Below are positions 25,204 to 38,346 of a stretch of 64,000 nt of DNA, in pieces. The number at the start of each line of letters is the position of its first letter. Within the stretch, counting starts at the first letter, position 1. Made by a program: the position numbers and the translations under genes. The notes below the pieces were generated by a model that did no database searches, was not told the origin of the DNA, and worked only from the letters and a program-made list of their open reading frames with translations. The stretch spans positions 1-64,000 of the forward strand of contig JAVECO010000022.1 in the NCBI GenBank assembly GCA_051942205.1, written 5' to 3'. Source of the DNA: Coniocarpon cinnabarinum. Lineage: Eukaryota.

Positions 25204-26535
25204 ATGGCGACCTCAGGTCATGACGTCGCGGCAGCTGTTTCTAACATAATCGTCGCATTCTATAGTTTCCGTGACACTCTGGCACGCATTGGCAAAAGCA
25301 ACCTCAGCGGCAGAGCCAAACGCAGTAAAACAGTAGGTCCCAAGCAGAATGGTAGAAAAGTAGCCCCCAAGCCGCCGGCACATCAGAATGGACCGCAAAG
25401 GCTGGAAGCTTCCATCACCAAGGCGCCAACCACCATCCAAAACGAATATGCTGCGGGCGTGTCTAAACACGGCGACCGATTTCAAGCCGGTGACGACCAG
25501 TCTCTGGCACGCCTGGCTGCTACGCTCGTTCAGCTGAACACAGGTCTTGTCGGGATCATTGGCTCGTTTCTTGAGCGCTCGAATAATTCGACGAATAATT
25601 CGAGAAGAAGAAATGGCTCGGAAAAAACCAGGTCACGACATCCACCTTGCTACATCAATGGCAGTATCGACTACACTCGCTTGGCGATACTGTCAGATGC
25701 TTCCCGGATCGAGACGTGCGAGACTCTTACACAGCTTGGACAGCGTCTTTCTCGCCAGCATGACTTCATCGCCCCAGCGCCAACATCTGCAAGGAATACG
25801 AGGAGCAAGCCGCCGAACAGACGAGACAGATCGTCGCCCACCAAGCATTCAAAGCCAGTCAATTATGCCTTTGTACGGACCAAGCCAAAGCCTGAATCAC
25901 GCAGGGGTTCTTCTTCAACTGCGAGCTCAACGCGGCCTCAAGTTGTTTCTGGATCCGGCTCAAGCGATCCAAGCGAGCAGACAGGCGGTCACATTTCTGG
26001 CAATCAGAGTAGAAAAGCCCTGGTCCAATCCAGCAGTCCAGCGCTAAGTGGGACGACTGTAGCAGTGTCTCCAGAGCCCACACCTCTTCATTTCGATGAC
26101 GGGAGCTGGCCAAAAGTGGCGGCTTGCTCGCCACCGGCGCCAACTTTTGCTTGCAATCTTCAACATCCCTCGAAGGAGACACCATTCGCGACTCTCCAGG
26201 CGGCCACTCCGGCCCTTCGAGCTTGTCCTCCTCGTCCGCATCTTGGACCTGCAGCTTCAGTGCCTGTCATTCCCTGTCGGCAAGTGTCGACTTCAGCTCG
26301 CTCACAACGCACCATGGCTACAAGTGCGTCAACGCAAATAGGTGAGATCCCCATGCATCGGTGGGCTACAATTTCGGATCTTGATAGGCTATCCACAATG
26401 AACGCTGGATACAGTCCATGGGAAAGTGGAGCCGCGCAGTTTGCACGGCTGAAGGAGAATATAACAAAAACTCCACGACGGGGCTTCTTTGCCAAAGTCT
26501 TTCGGCGGACGCCAGTTGCGGAAGTCAACACATGA
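25204..26535 (+). CDS. Hypothetical fungal protein (helical N-terminal region, low-complexity C-terminus)
   Basis: 443-aa ATG-initiated ORF; the segment IQNEY...GDRFQAGD...LVQLNTGLVGIIGSFL looks structured; S/P-rich tail ends in amphipathic RRGFFAKVFRR. No function recognised. Confidence 0.65.
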   Translation: MATSGHDVAAAVSNIIVAFYSFRDTLARIGKSNLSGRAKRSKTVGPKQNGRKVAPKPPAHQNGPQRLEASITKAPTTIQNEYAAGVSKHGDRFQAGDDQSLARLAATLVQLNTGLVGIIGSFLERSNNSTNNSRRRNGSEKTRSRHPPCYINGSIDYTRLAILSDASRIETCETLTQLGQRLSRQHDFIAPAPTSARNTRSKPPNRRDRSSPTKHSKPVNYAFVRTKPKPESRRGSSSTASSTRPQVVSGSGSSDPSEQTGGHISGNQSRKALVQSSSPALSGTTVAVSPEPTPLHFDDGSWPKVAACSPPAPTFACNLQHPSKETPFATLQAATPALRACPPRPHLGPAASVPVIPCRQVSTSARSQRTMATSASTQIGEIPMHRWATISDLDRLSTMNAGYSPWESGAAQFARLKENITKTPRRGFFAKVFRRTPVAEVNT

Positions 26536-26701
26536 GCGTCTTCCGACGTTGTAAGGATCAGATCGACTTGTCTCATAACTCTTGTGCTGCAGCTACTTGA
26601 ATGCGCACAATGTGCACGTCTTGTACGACCTAAGCCCATGGAGATGGGAAGGTATCTGATAGTTTGAATCACCTCACACCGATGTTCAGTTGTGAGGAGC
26701 T

Positions 26702-27567
26702 TTAAAGTTGATCTCGAAGACTTAGCACCTCGGCTCTGCTGGGTGACACGCTTGAGCTGAAGTTAGGGATCTCCTTTCTCCAATCTTGCAGCGCCTGTTT
26801 ACCCATCTGACACAGATCATCGTTCAGCAGCGGTTCTTTCTCGAAACCATGCATGCTCTGATTCAACATGGCCGCAGCGACTTCCTCGACCGCAACCATC
26901 TGTGGATTTGGGAACGCTTGAAGACCCTTCTTCAACACGTCTTCCCGCTTTGAACCGATGATAAGTGCCGGTCTCACACAGCCTGCTTCGACCATTCCAT
27001 TGCTTTCATTGGCGAATGCAATGACGTCGATTTCAGCAGCTCCCTAAACAAAGTTAATTCTCATGAGCATTACTGAGTTCATGTGGTGGCGCTTGGACTT
27101 ACCCGCATCTTGACGTACGGACCCATGCCTTGAGGCCAATTCATTTCCTTGTCGAGATCTCGTGTGACAGCAAAGCCACTCATGTACGTCAATCTCAAAG
27201 GGGAAGTGGCGTTGTCACGCGATTCAATGAGGTTTCTGAACAGGATCATAGCGTAGTCATGGCATACTTGCTTGGCTTCTGCGACGGTGGTACCCCTTTC
27301 GCGGATTTGTGAAGGAGTGATGGCTGCGCAGTAGATGCAGGCATCAGTTTGGCGAAGTTCAGTCTTGGCTTGGTCTGAGTAGACACCAAAATCTTCGAGA
27401 ACCACGTTCTTGAGCTTGCTGGTGTCGACATTGGCAGGAAGGTCAGGCGGAGGTTGAACGGGACGACGGGCGAGAGCAACGACGGAGGTGACCTGAGGGA
27501 GTTGCAAGGCCTGGCGAATGACCTCAGTGGCCACGAAGCTGGTGGCGCCTGCAACGACTAACTTCAT
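26702..27567 (-). CDS. NAD(P)-binding Rossmann-fold protein (atypical SDR / epimerase-like)
   Basis: MKLVVAGATSFVATEVIRQAL...VVALARRP N-terminal dinucleotide-binding-like fold; intron at 27044-27102 joins YVKMR to GAAEIDV...VRPALI. Confidence 0.75.
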
Positions 27568-28954
27568 GATTGCTCGAGACGCTACTTGGTAAAGGAACGC
27601 ACTTATGTCTGTATCAAAGAAAGTGAATGTTCTTTCGAGGGCGCAATACTTAAGCGGCGTAGGACAAAAGTATCCCCGCCCTTCGCATAATAAGTTCACC
27701 TGGAATCCGGAAAGAATCTGGGGGGCCTTATGCCGTTCGCCGTTTCTCTAATCATATCCCTAAAAAGGATAAGAGTGCTGACTTGTTCCCGCCATTTCCA
27801 ACATCGGCGTGCTTAGGAACTGTTCAGGCGCCAGCGAAGTTCATCACTCAAGCTTTCCCATGGGCGCGTCTGACGGTCAGCATGGTATTATCAAAGTTGT
27901 GTGAATTAGCAGGCAAAGTGAGGAAACAAATGCAATCGATGGCATAGAGGAGGGGAATCTTGGCAAATTGGACCCAGCGGGGCTGCATGGAGAAAACGCG
28001 TGTCACCGCTATGTGCGCAGCTACGCGCAGGATCTGGTGCCACAAAGCGCCACTGCAGCACCGCAATAGCGCGTGAGCACGTGACAGAGACAAAGAGTGT
28101 GGCGGGCGGGTGACTGCAAACACTCTCATCTCCCTCATCACCCTCCTCTTCTTCCGTTGTCCTCTGCCTGCCTCTATCTTGGTCCCAACCATGCTCCACG
28201 CAACAGCCGGTCACCGAGACCTCTGCGCAATGGACGTTGCAAACGTTGGAGGCGTGAAACGAGCGACTCGACCCTCGACAGGGCTGGTCACCTCTCCCCT
28301 GTGCGTCAACATCCAATCAGACGCGCGTTGTCACCTCGACTGAAGCACCGGGGCTCCACCGCGCGCCTCCCTATCAGTCTCACCTTGCACATCATGCCAG
28401 CATCATTGCTGCTCCCAATCTCCAATGACCGAGTAACCGCGCTGGCAGACCCACGCATCCCCTTCCAAAATGGCAGGCAGCTCGAGACCCTTTCGTTTGC
28501 CCTTGGTGCCAACACTGTGCTGCGATTGTACTCCGCAGCGCCCCCAGGAACATAATGAAAAAGGCAAACGCCCCAGCAAAACAATGTAATTGTCTCTTTC
28601 GGTCCACCTCTTCTGTGCCACCTGTGCCTCGCGCTGTGCCTCTGCATTCCCTTCGTTTCGCTCTTGACGAGCTCATCACCGTCCTGCCACACTCATTTCT
28701 GTTCTTTGTCGATCTTTTCGAGAACCACTCACGTTCATTTCCTGGCACCTGGCACCACTTTCGTTGATCGAACAGTAGCACGTTGCCTCTGCGACGTAGA
28801 CCGAGTGCCATAGCAACCTCTTTTCACCGCTGGCGGTCTCTCTGGTAACGCAGAGCGGTTTTCCTTCTTTTCTCAAGCGATAGCCAGAGCGCCAGCAGCA
28901 CTTTTGAGACACCATCTCTTCTCACAACTTGACGAGTGTCAAATCCAAGCCAAG

Positions 28955-30184
28955 ATGACGATGATCACACTTCTATCCACCGCGCTCCTCGCAGCGCTCG
29001 CGCAAGCCCTTCCACAAGCATCTCCAGCTCCCGCAAATCCAGCTTGGACCCTTCAAGACGACTACATGGCCGTCTCGCCAAGCGACTTCTTCGGACGCTT
29101 CGACTTCTTCACGCAAACCGACCCTACCCAAGGCAACATCACCTACGTCTCCCAATCGCAAGCCGAGAAGGAGAACCTTGTTGGCTTCTACCCGACGTCG
29201 AACCCCTCCGCCTCAACCGGCTTGATGCAAACTCAACAGGGCCAGACGAGCAACTGGGCTGCGTACATGGGCGTCGACATGACCACGCCGCAAAAAGCAA
29301 TGCGCGACTCTGTCCGCATTTCCAGCAAGAAGCAATACAATGCACCCATGCTCACAGTCGTCTCCGTGGACCATCTCCCCCTCGGTCTCGGAACATGGCC
29401 CGCGTTCTGGCTGTTAGGTCAAGGCACCTGGCCCGCCGGCGGCGAAATCGACATCATCGAATCCTTCGGCACACCCGCCAACGGCGCCAAATCTGGCAGC
29501 GATGCCAACGCCGCGGCCGCCGGTCAAGCGCCTGCCTCCTACGGCGCCAAAGTCCAAGGCACTCCGCAATCTCCCAATGCCAACAGCATGACACTCCACG
29601 CCTCTTCGGGCTGCGCCCTCTCCAATAACGGCTCTGGTTCCGCCTTTCAAGGCACCCTCCTCCAGCAAAATTGCGACACTTACGCCACACCGGGAAACCA
29701 AGGCTGTCAAATAAAATCACCCTTTGGCACCGTTTCGGGCGTGACGCCCGGCCACAACCAGAAACGTCAAGCTCCCCCTGTGCCGGAACATCAGTTCGCA
29801 ACGGGTGGCCCGGCATTCAATACACAAGGCGGGGGTGTCTATGCCACCGCCTGGACCGCCCAGGGGGTTAATATCTGGTTCTTCCCGCCGAATGCCGTCC
29901 CCGCTTCTCTGCAAGGCAATGGCACGAACCCGAACACGGCGGAGTTCGGCACCCCGCTCGCCAGCTTCGTGGGCTCTGGCTGCGACTGGACGGAGCACTT
30001 CAAGGGCATGAATATCATTTTCAATATTGCGCTGTGTGGACAGGCGATCTCGGATAAGACGTGGACGTCTGATGGGCGCGGCCAGGCGAGTGGGAAGGGG
30101 AGTTGCAATGATTATGTCTATGGCAATCAGGGGTTGCAGGAGAGTTGGTGGGGTGTAAGGGGGTTGCGGGTGTATGGACAGTGA
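28955..30184 (+). CDS. Secreted GH16 endo-1,3(4)-beta-glucanase (laminarinase-like)
   Basis: Signal peptide MTMITLLSTALLAALAQA; FDFFTQTDPTQG, RDSVRISS, GTWPAFW, WPAGGEIDIIE catalytic motif, GGGVYA, FNIALCG. Confidence 0.9.
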   Translation: MTMITLLSTALLAALAQALPQASPAPANPAWTLQDDYMAVSPSDFFGRFDFFTQTDPTQGNITYVSQSQAEKENLVGFYPTSNPSASTGLMQTQQGQTSNWAAYMGVDMTTPQKAMRDSVRISSKKQYNAPMLTVVSVDHLPLGLGTWPAFWLLGQGTWPAGGEIDIIESFGTPANGAKSGSDANAAAAGQAPASYGAKVQGTPQSPNANSMTLHASSGCALSNNGSGSAFQGTLLQQNCDTYATPGNQGCQIKSPFGTVSGVTPGHNQKRQAPPVPEHQFATGGPAFNTQGGGVYATAWTAQGVNIWFFPPNAVPASLQGNGTNPNTAEFGTPLASFVGSGCDWTEHFKGMNIIFNIALCGQAISDKTWTSDGRGQASGKGSCNDYVYGNQGLQESWWGVRGLRVYGQ

Positions 30185-30278
30185 GAGATGTGCGTGATGA
30201 GGGCATTCTGGCGCTGGTCTGAGGGATACCGATGATGGGAGGGGTGAGATAGAATGCGCATCGCTCCAGGTGGGCTTG

Positions 30279-30323
30279 TGCATTGCATTGCATTGCATTG
30301 CATTGCATGAAATGAAATGAAAT
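30279..30323. repeat. Compound pentanucleotide microsatellite (TGCAT)6(GAAAT)3
   Basis: Read directly; lies in the probable 3' UTR of the GH16 gene and is followed by imperfect TGTCT repeats. Confidence 0.9.
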
Positions 30324-31830
30324 AACGACTCATGATCGATATGTTCTATTCTTCGATGTCTTGTCTTTTCATGTCTTGTCTTGTCTGGTCTCGCCTTGCC
30401 CTTGGTCCGTAACCGAGACTGTGTTCTCACAAACTCATTGCTATGATGTGAGTTCTGTCCTCCACATTTACTCTTCTGCATATCCCCGTCTGCATTTCGT
30501 CATCTGCATTCCCTTCCCCTAACCTCCTCGTCCCAGCGCTGTCCCTGCCGGACTTGTTCCAATTCTCACTCACCACCAAGTGTCTCATTTTCTTCAACGT
30601 CGATATCAGGCACTTTGTAGCGCTGATCACGTCTACAACTGTCCCCCGATTCTACGGTAGTTCCCTTTTCCCGACTGAAATTTGAAATGCCATCGTGTCA
30701 GCCGCCCTCAAATCTTCATAGCTGGTTCGCGTTTCCGCCTGTTTCATTACTTGGAACAATTCTGAGAACCATGCTCGTTTGACTGGTCTAGAAATATGGC
30801 GAACTTGGTAAAACACGGACGAGATGTGGAGAGATGGCGATTTGAGTTTTGGAAGGAAAGGGGAAGATGAACGCTTTTGACTTTGGGTTGGTGAGTGCTA
30901 TATATGCTGTGTGTGTAACGCGAATGATGGGACTATAGAAGTGGATACGATGTGTAGACTACAGAGTAAGTATTGATATCGGGTCCTTGGTCGTGGCCAG
31001 AAGCGCGGGCAGAGGCAAGGTCAGAGGTAAGGTCAGACGTGGCGTATTCTGCTAAGAGAAGTGATCGAAAATAAACAGCGCCCTCGAACAGGATAAGAAG
31101 ATGGAGGCGTCCAGAGTGAGCACACTTTACTTGACACCTCTCGACTCAAGCAACAAGACTGGACTGTGTCAAGGTCTATCGTTTCTTGAGCCAAATCAAG
31201 GTCCAGAAGATGCTGCTTAGCCGACATATTCTGAGTTGTTTTGTCTAGTGTTAGAGATATGGGTATCACAAATAATACTCTGGTGCTGGACCCGAGCATT
31301 GCCATGTTTGAGCTCTTAGCCTCTCTTTCATTGCCTCATCGCTTCCTTTTTACCTGCCCCATGAAGAGCTTTTGTGGCGCTTTTCGTATATGTCTACATC
31401 CTGTCGTTGCTGCTTTGGCGGGTTCCACTAGACATCGGGGCGCTTTGAGCGCTCGAACAGTGCGTCCATCTCTTTTCATGATGATGAAAGTCATGACATC
31501 CGCGTTTTGACTCCGGCGACTGTACAGTTAGGAGGTGAGTAACTGCAGTTTGCGTGCGTCTCAATGTCTAATCGATATTGTCTTACCTCAGGGGTTGTCC
31601 CATCTGTTCGCCAACGCAAGACACTGCTGGGAGCGCTAAAGGCCAAGCGACTCCCTCCCTGGAATCCTATGTAATCGGATGTCTGTAGGTAGTGTCGAGC
31701 ACGTCGCAATGTCCTGACCAAGCAAAGCCCACCGAGACCCTGCTGTCAATCCCAGGCTAGACCGTCCAAGCAGATCCAGCTTCGTCACGAAGCGTCTTCA
31801 TGGCGTATCCTATTGAACCAATCTCACTCC

Positions 31831-33036
31831 TCACATCTTACTCGCTCGTTGCTGCTCACCGCTCAAAGGCAATTCTCCTATCTCCTTCTCCACATCAGCC
31901 CGCAATCTCACCTCCACATCCCTCGGTCCTTCTTTCTTGAAAGTCGCCAAAACAACCCTCTCCCATTCCCCCTTCACGTCTTTCCTTCTCAACTCTTCCT
32001 CTCCGGGGTCGTGCAAACTCAGCACCCTTCTCTTTCCCAGATTTGAAACCCATCGCGGACAGATGACCTTCTCGCCCCAGTGTCCTTCCCTCACGAATTC
32101 ACGCAGTCGCGCGCGTTGTGCTTTTAGCTCGTCGAGAGGGGGTTGCTGACTGGTTGATTGAGGGGAGGGGAGGTGCTCGACGATGAGTGAAAGGAGGAAG
32201 TATTGAGGTGGAAAGAGGATGATTTCGCCTCGTCTGGCCATGTCAAGCCATGTCGACGCGTGTAAAAATTGGGCACTCGTGTGTTCTAGCCCGCCGTCTG
32301 AGGTCGGAGGCGGGATTTTGGCTTCGCCGGATGCCGCGTCTTGAACTATTGCATCGCTTGTGCTTTCGATCTTCTCTCCGTCACTTTTACTGTTGCTTTC
32401 TCCTCCTCCTCTTTTTGATCCATCACTGGCCCCACTCATGCTCGTCGGTCCTGGCAATGGCAAGAAATAAATATACATCTGCGTCGTAAATCTTTTCGCG
32501 TTATTACTCCAAGGCGGGGTGATCCATCTCGTGAACGGCACAAGCGCATCTACATCCGCTCTTCCGCCCTTACTCGCCAACCATTTCCGAAACTCGACGC
32601 TTTTCGAATGCACACCTTGACGTCCCACTAATCTATCCTCCTCTGAAAGCTCGATCATCCGCCCGAAGCCATTGTTCCGCGCCAGTAGAACTCCGCTCTC
32701 TTCGAACGTCTCGCGGACGGCGGCGAGTCGGTAGGCTTCCCCGTCTTGATGACGATCCGCTGATTCTGGGGAGGGTATGGGGCTATCGTGGAAGGGGTCC
32801 AGATTACCGCCTGGGAAGACGTGAGCGGAGGGGAAGGAGGAAGCGCGTTGGATTCTATGAAGAAGGAGGAGGGTGTTTTGGGGGGAGATGACGAGGACGC
32901 TGCTGGAAGGTTGAGGAATTCGGGGAGCAGGCGTGGAGGACATTGTACGAGAAGCTGCGATTGGGAAGATCGATGGATGGATCTGAGGAAAAGAGAACAA
33001 AGGAGATCGAGCGAGGATTGTGAGGCGGGGCCTCAT
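31831..33036 (-). CDS. Nudix hydrolase, NUDT19-like (acyl-CoA diphosphatase family)
   Basis: HVFPGG...AAVRETFEESGVLL Nudix box with insertion, RWITPP...KRFTTQMY and ILFPPQY motifs; ends in SKM. Confidence 0.82.
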   Translation of the reverse strand: MRPRLTILARSPLFSFPQIHPSIFPIAASRTMSSTPAPRIPQPSSSVLVISPQNTLLLLHRIQRASSFPSAHVFPGGNLDPFHDSPIPSPESADRHQDGEAYRLAAVRETFEESGVLLARNNGFGRMIELSEEDRLVGRQGVHSKSVEFRKWLASKGGRADVDALVPFTRWITPPWSNNAKRFTTQMYIYFLPLPGPTSMSGASDGSKRGGGESNSKSDGEKIESTSDAIVQDAASGEAKIPPPTSDGGLEHTSAQFLHASTWLDMARRGEIILFPPQYFLLSLIVEHLPSPQSTSQQPPLDELKAQRARLREFVREGHWGEKVICPRWVSNLGKRRVLSLHDPGEEELRRKDVKGEWERVVLATFKKEGPRDVEVRLRADVEKEIGELPLSGEQQRASKM

Positions 33037-33569
33037 GTGGCAGGCTTACAGAAGTAAAGAAGCAGACATGATCGAAATTCCAATGACGCGTTTCATGAGA
33101 TCTGACTGTGCCGAGGTTTCTCGGGCCGAAATGATAGATCACCGAGCTAGATCAAATTGATCTCGAGCGTGACAGTTGGAGTTAAGATTCTTTGTCGATG
33201 TTCGAGGAGCACTTTGGGACGAGCATTGAATTGGAAGAAGTGTCTTTGACAATAAACTGCTCTTGCTGACCAGGAGTCAACGCAATGCATATTTGAAGTT
33301 TGCAATGATCGAGCGGTAACGTCTGGACATTTCGCAGTTCAAGTTGACAAAGAGCACTTCAGCGCAGCAGATGTGAATGTTAGGATGCCTGAGAAACGTT
33401 GCTGCTCAGCTGTTCGCCCACTGGCGGGGCAACTTGTCTGCGGGATATGCGCGAACCCGCAGCATACGCTCTACATCTCGCCCCGTCATGTTTGCTGTCT
33501 GTGTGTGTTTCCACGCTCTTGTTCTATTCAGCCCTTTCACGACCTCCGAATAACTTCCAGCAACAGCGC

Positions 33570-33955
33570 TCATTTGCTTCCGCTCCACACACCCTTCAAG
33601 AATCCATCCCGCTGCGTCAATCGATTAAATGAGTCGTCCGCCTCTCCCATCGCGCGTACAAAGCCACACATGGCATATGTCTGGTTCTCGCCGGTGTAGC
33701 GACCGTTCTCGTCGACCTTGCCGATGCTCAGTTGGACAGAGGCGTGATCTTTTGCTTTGATGATGCGGTTTGTGGCGGAGCACTTGCGCGGAACGTAGCT
33801 GGAAGGAGTGTATTAGTCGCAATTGGTACATACAAAATGCACATGTGCGTGCGCGAAGTATGCGCAGGTTCGTGGGATGCGAGCGCCGCTAGTGCTTGAC
33901 TTTGAAGAAAAGGGAAGACATACAGATCGACGACTTCGCCACGTTCGTTCTCCAT
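33570..33955 (-). CDS. RPS21: 40S ribosomal protein S21 (eS21)
   Basis: [11 protein letters not shown] | intron (~33800-33922) | [34 protein letters not shown]...[17 protein letters not shown]. Confidence 0.96.
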
Positions 33956-34379
33956 GATCGCTGAGCTTTATGTGATATTCAGCAGTCCCAGATTGATCAA
34001 TGAAGGCTGTAGAGATTTCTTCGACGACCGTGAGAGCGGGTTATGAAGTTTGTCGCGTTCAAGATTGGACAACCTGACCTGATATCATTTGGGACAAGGG
34101 CTGTGTGCGTTATGCCAAGACTTCACTGGCTTATCGATTGAGGCCTGAAAAAAAAAGGTTCAAGCGACATCTGGCCAGATCTCACGTGATTCTTGTCTTA
34201 TCATTCTGGGTGCACTGAGGGACGACGTTCATTCCTGATAGAACCCGAATGACGGTTGTAAAGTGCTTCAGAATGCTTCAGAATGCCAGAAGCGCTACCC
34301 AACTTCGTGGAATTGCTTTTCGATATCTCATAATCTCATTTCCACCCCAAACGCCTCGCTGGTGAAATTGGATAGCCTC

Positions 34380-36283
<1,904 letters not shown>

Positions 36284-36717
36284 GATCACTTGTATTTGGA
36301 CGCCGACGAATTGAGAAAGGTCGTGCCACGTAGTCAGCCCTCAACGAGTGAAGACGGGTCAAAGCCGACCAAGCCTTTCCCAAGAGTAAAAGAAAAAAAA
36401 GATGCAGCGTCTGACCGCCCACATATATTTTCGCGAAAAAGCTTATCCCTTTGAGGAATAGCGCTTCGCGTGCTGAAGCACTCTTGCTATTATAGATCGC
36501 GCATGTAAATACTAAGGTCACACAGACGAAAACTGTGCTGTTTGCTCTCTGGTTTTACACAGCAAGATAGCTCGAACACACACAAAGAGAACGCACTTTC
36601 TACTGACTGGCAGATGTATTCTGTCACTGCGTCACCAACGTGCTATTTGAAAAAGAAGCGCAAACTGTTCTTTACTTCTATCCAGCGCTCTCGGCTCTCA
36701 AATACATTGGCAATCGT

Positions 36718-37423
36718 TTAGCTTGGGGGCTGTGAACGCTATTAGCATCTCTGCGGCCTTGCTCATGATTCATGACTTACAAGAGTCTCAAAAGTCTTCG
36801 CGGACTCGGGCTCCCACTTCATCTTGGCCTTGCCAAATATCTCGGCACTAGGCGAGAAGTCTTTTCCACCTTGGAGCAAGATCGTTCGGATGACAATAGT
36901 GTCAGGTCCCATGACTTCCTGGTGGTGGTAGGCGTGCGCCGTGCAATTGGGGCAGAAGCTGTGAATGTAAGCTATGGTACAGACAGCATAGGATTCACAG
37001 TCAACTCACTAGCAATTGACCGACTTGCCCGAGTCACCCTTGTAAGTGTAGGTGTTCAATTTGCCTCGGGTGATCTTGAGATTGCTTCGTGGAATGATTT
37101 GATTGAGGGTGTAGGAGCCGCCACCAAGGTACTTGCACGTATCGCAATGACTTTACGCTTGTCAGCTTCCATCATACGATTTTGTATTGGATTCCATAGG
37201 GCCGGTCGCCATCGGTGTTCAACGACTTGGTCGCCCTTGAGGCGGCTCTCTCTTGAATATTCCGAGTCCACATTACAGTCCCGTCGGGACACGTGTAGCT
37301 GCTACAATGATCGACAAGCGTTTGTAGCCAATGACCGACTCACCAAAGAATGTGGGATTGGTCTGGGATAGTCACCTCCCACTCGGTCTGGCCGCAGTGG
37401 CAGGCACCTTTGAACGTTGACAT
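36718..37423 (-). CDS. GFA / CENP-V (Mss4-like) zinc-binding protein
   Basis: Missed by the ORF track. Four exons read MSTFKGACHCGQTEWEV...HILC-HCDTCK...YTYKGDSGKSVNCY-FCPNCTAH...EIFGKAKMKW...FETL-PPS*, with the CxC, CHCxxC and FCxxC cysteine pattern of GFA proteins. Intron 1 at 37151-37343. Confidence 0.85.
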
Positions 37424-38346
37424 GATAGTAAATGCTTTGCGATCCAGGGAAAATACACTGCTAATTCTCAGGAAAGCTTGAGGTTAGAAGCGAGACATCA
37501 GGACACGAGCAGAACTCTTATATCCTAGAAAAGGCCAGGTGCTCCGAAGAAAGAGGGGCTGTTGAGCATCGTGACAAATCTTTGAACTGTAAGCTACGTT
37601 CTTACTGCGAGCCAGCAGCCACCATGCCTGTGCCATGCCGAAATGCCATGCATCGAGGCGTCTTCAACATCACAGGACCTGCCCGATGTGCCAGCATAAG
37701 CACGATTTGGGGAATGCGTCGCCCGTTCAGGGTCCAGAGGGCGAGAAGCAGCTCAAGATCTCAAAGACGCCCGCTGATGACGTGGGACGAGTTCCGAAAT
37801 GGACAAGCTGCTTTTCACAGTCTCAGCCGCCGGGCCAGAGCTCACCAATGGCGTCGTGCTGTGAATGGGCGGTCTGGTCGCCGTGCGGAGCGACGGAGTC
37901 TGTCCTTCACCACATACCCATCTGCCCCACCTTGCTGCTGTGACGTCGTTGCATCGTCGCTGCCTGCCGTTGTCGCAGTTGGAATGGTGCAGTAATGATG
38001 TGAGAAAGCAAGGCTGATGTCGAGTTGCATGTATGAGAAGCTAGCAGTGGAACTAGTAGGAGGAAGAAAATATTCCAGAGATCGAAACGAACATCGATGC
38101 CGGGCTGGCATGCAGCGGACTGTGAACACACAGAAAGCGCGCAGATTGCAAGCTCACAGACGATGCAGTCCCCCAGACACTTATATATGCCGTGGTGTTT
38201 GGGTACCCGGATGGACACCTGCAACCCTGAGGTGGGCCGCCCGCGGGACTCATCATGACGCTCGCCCACCCAGCCGCGTTGACACACTGGATGCATTGTA
38301 AATCATGACACGTTCTCCAGACTCCAAAAACGTCGAGGATCAGAAT

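Noticed and set aside
36772..37371. 199-aa plus-strand ORF
   Set aside because: Antisense shadow of the spliced GFA-family gene on the minus strand, which has clear cysteine motifs and canonical introns.
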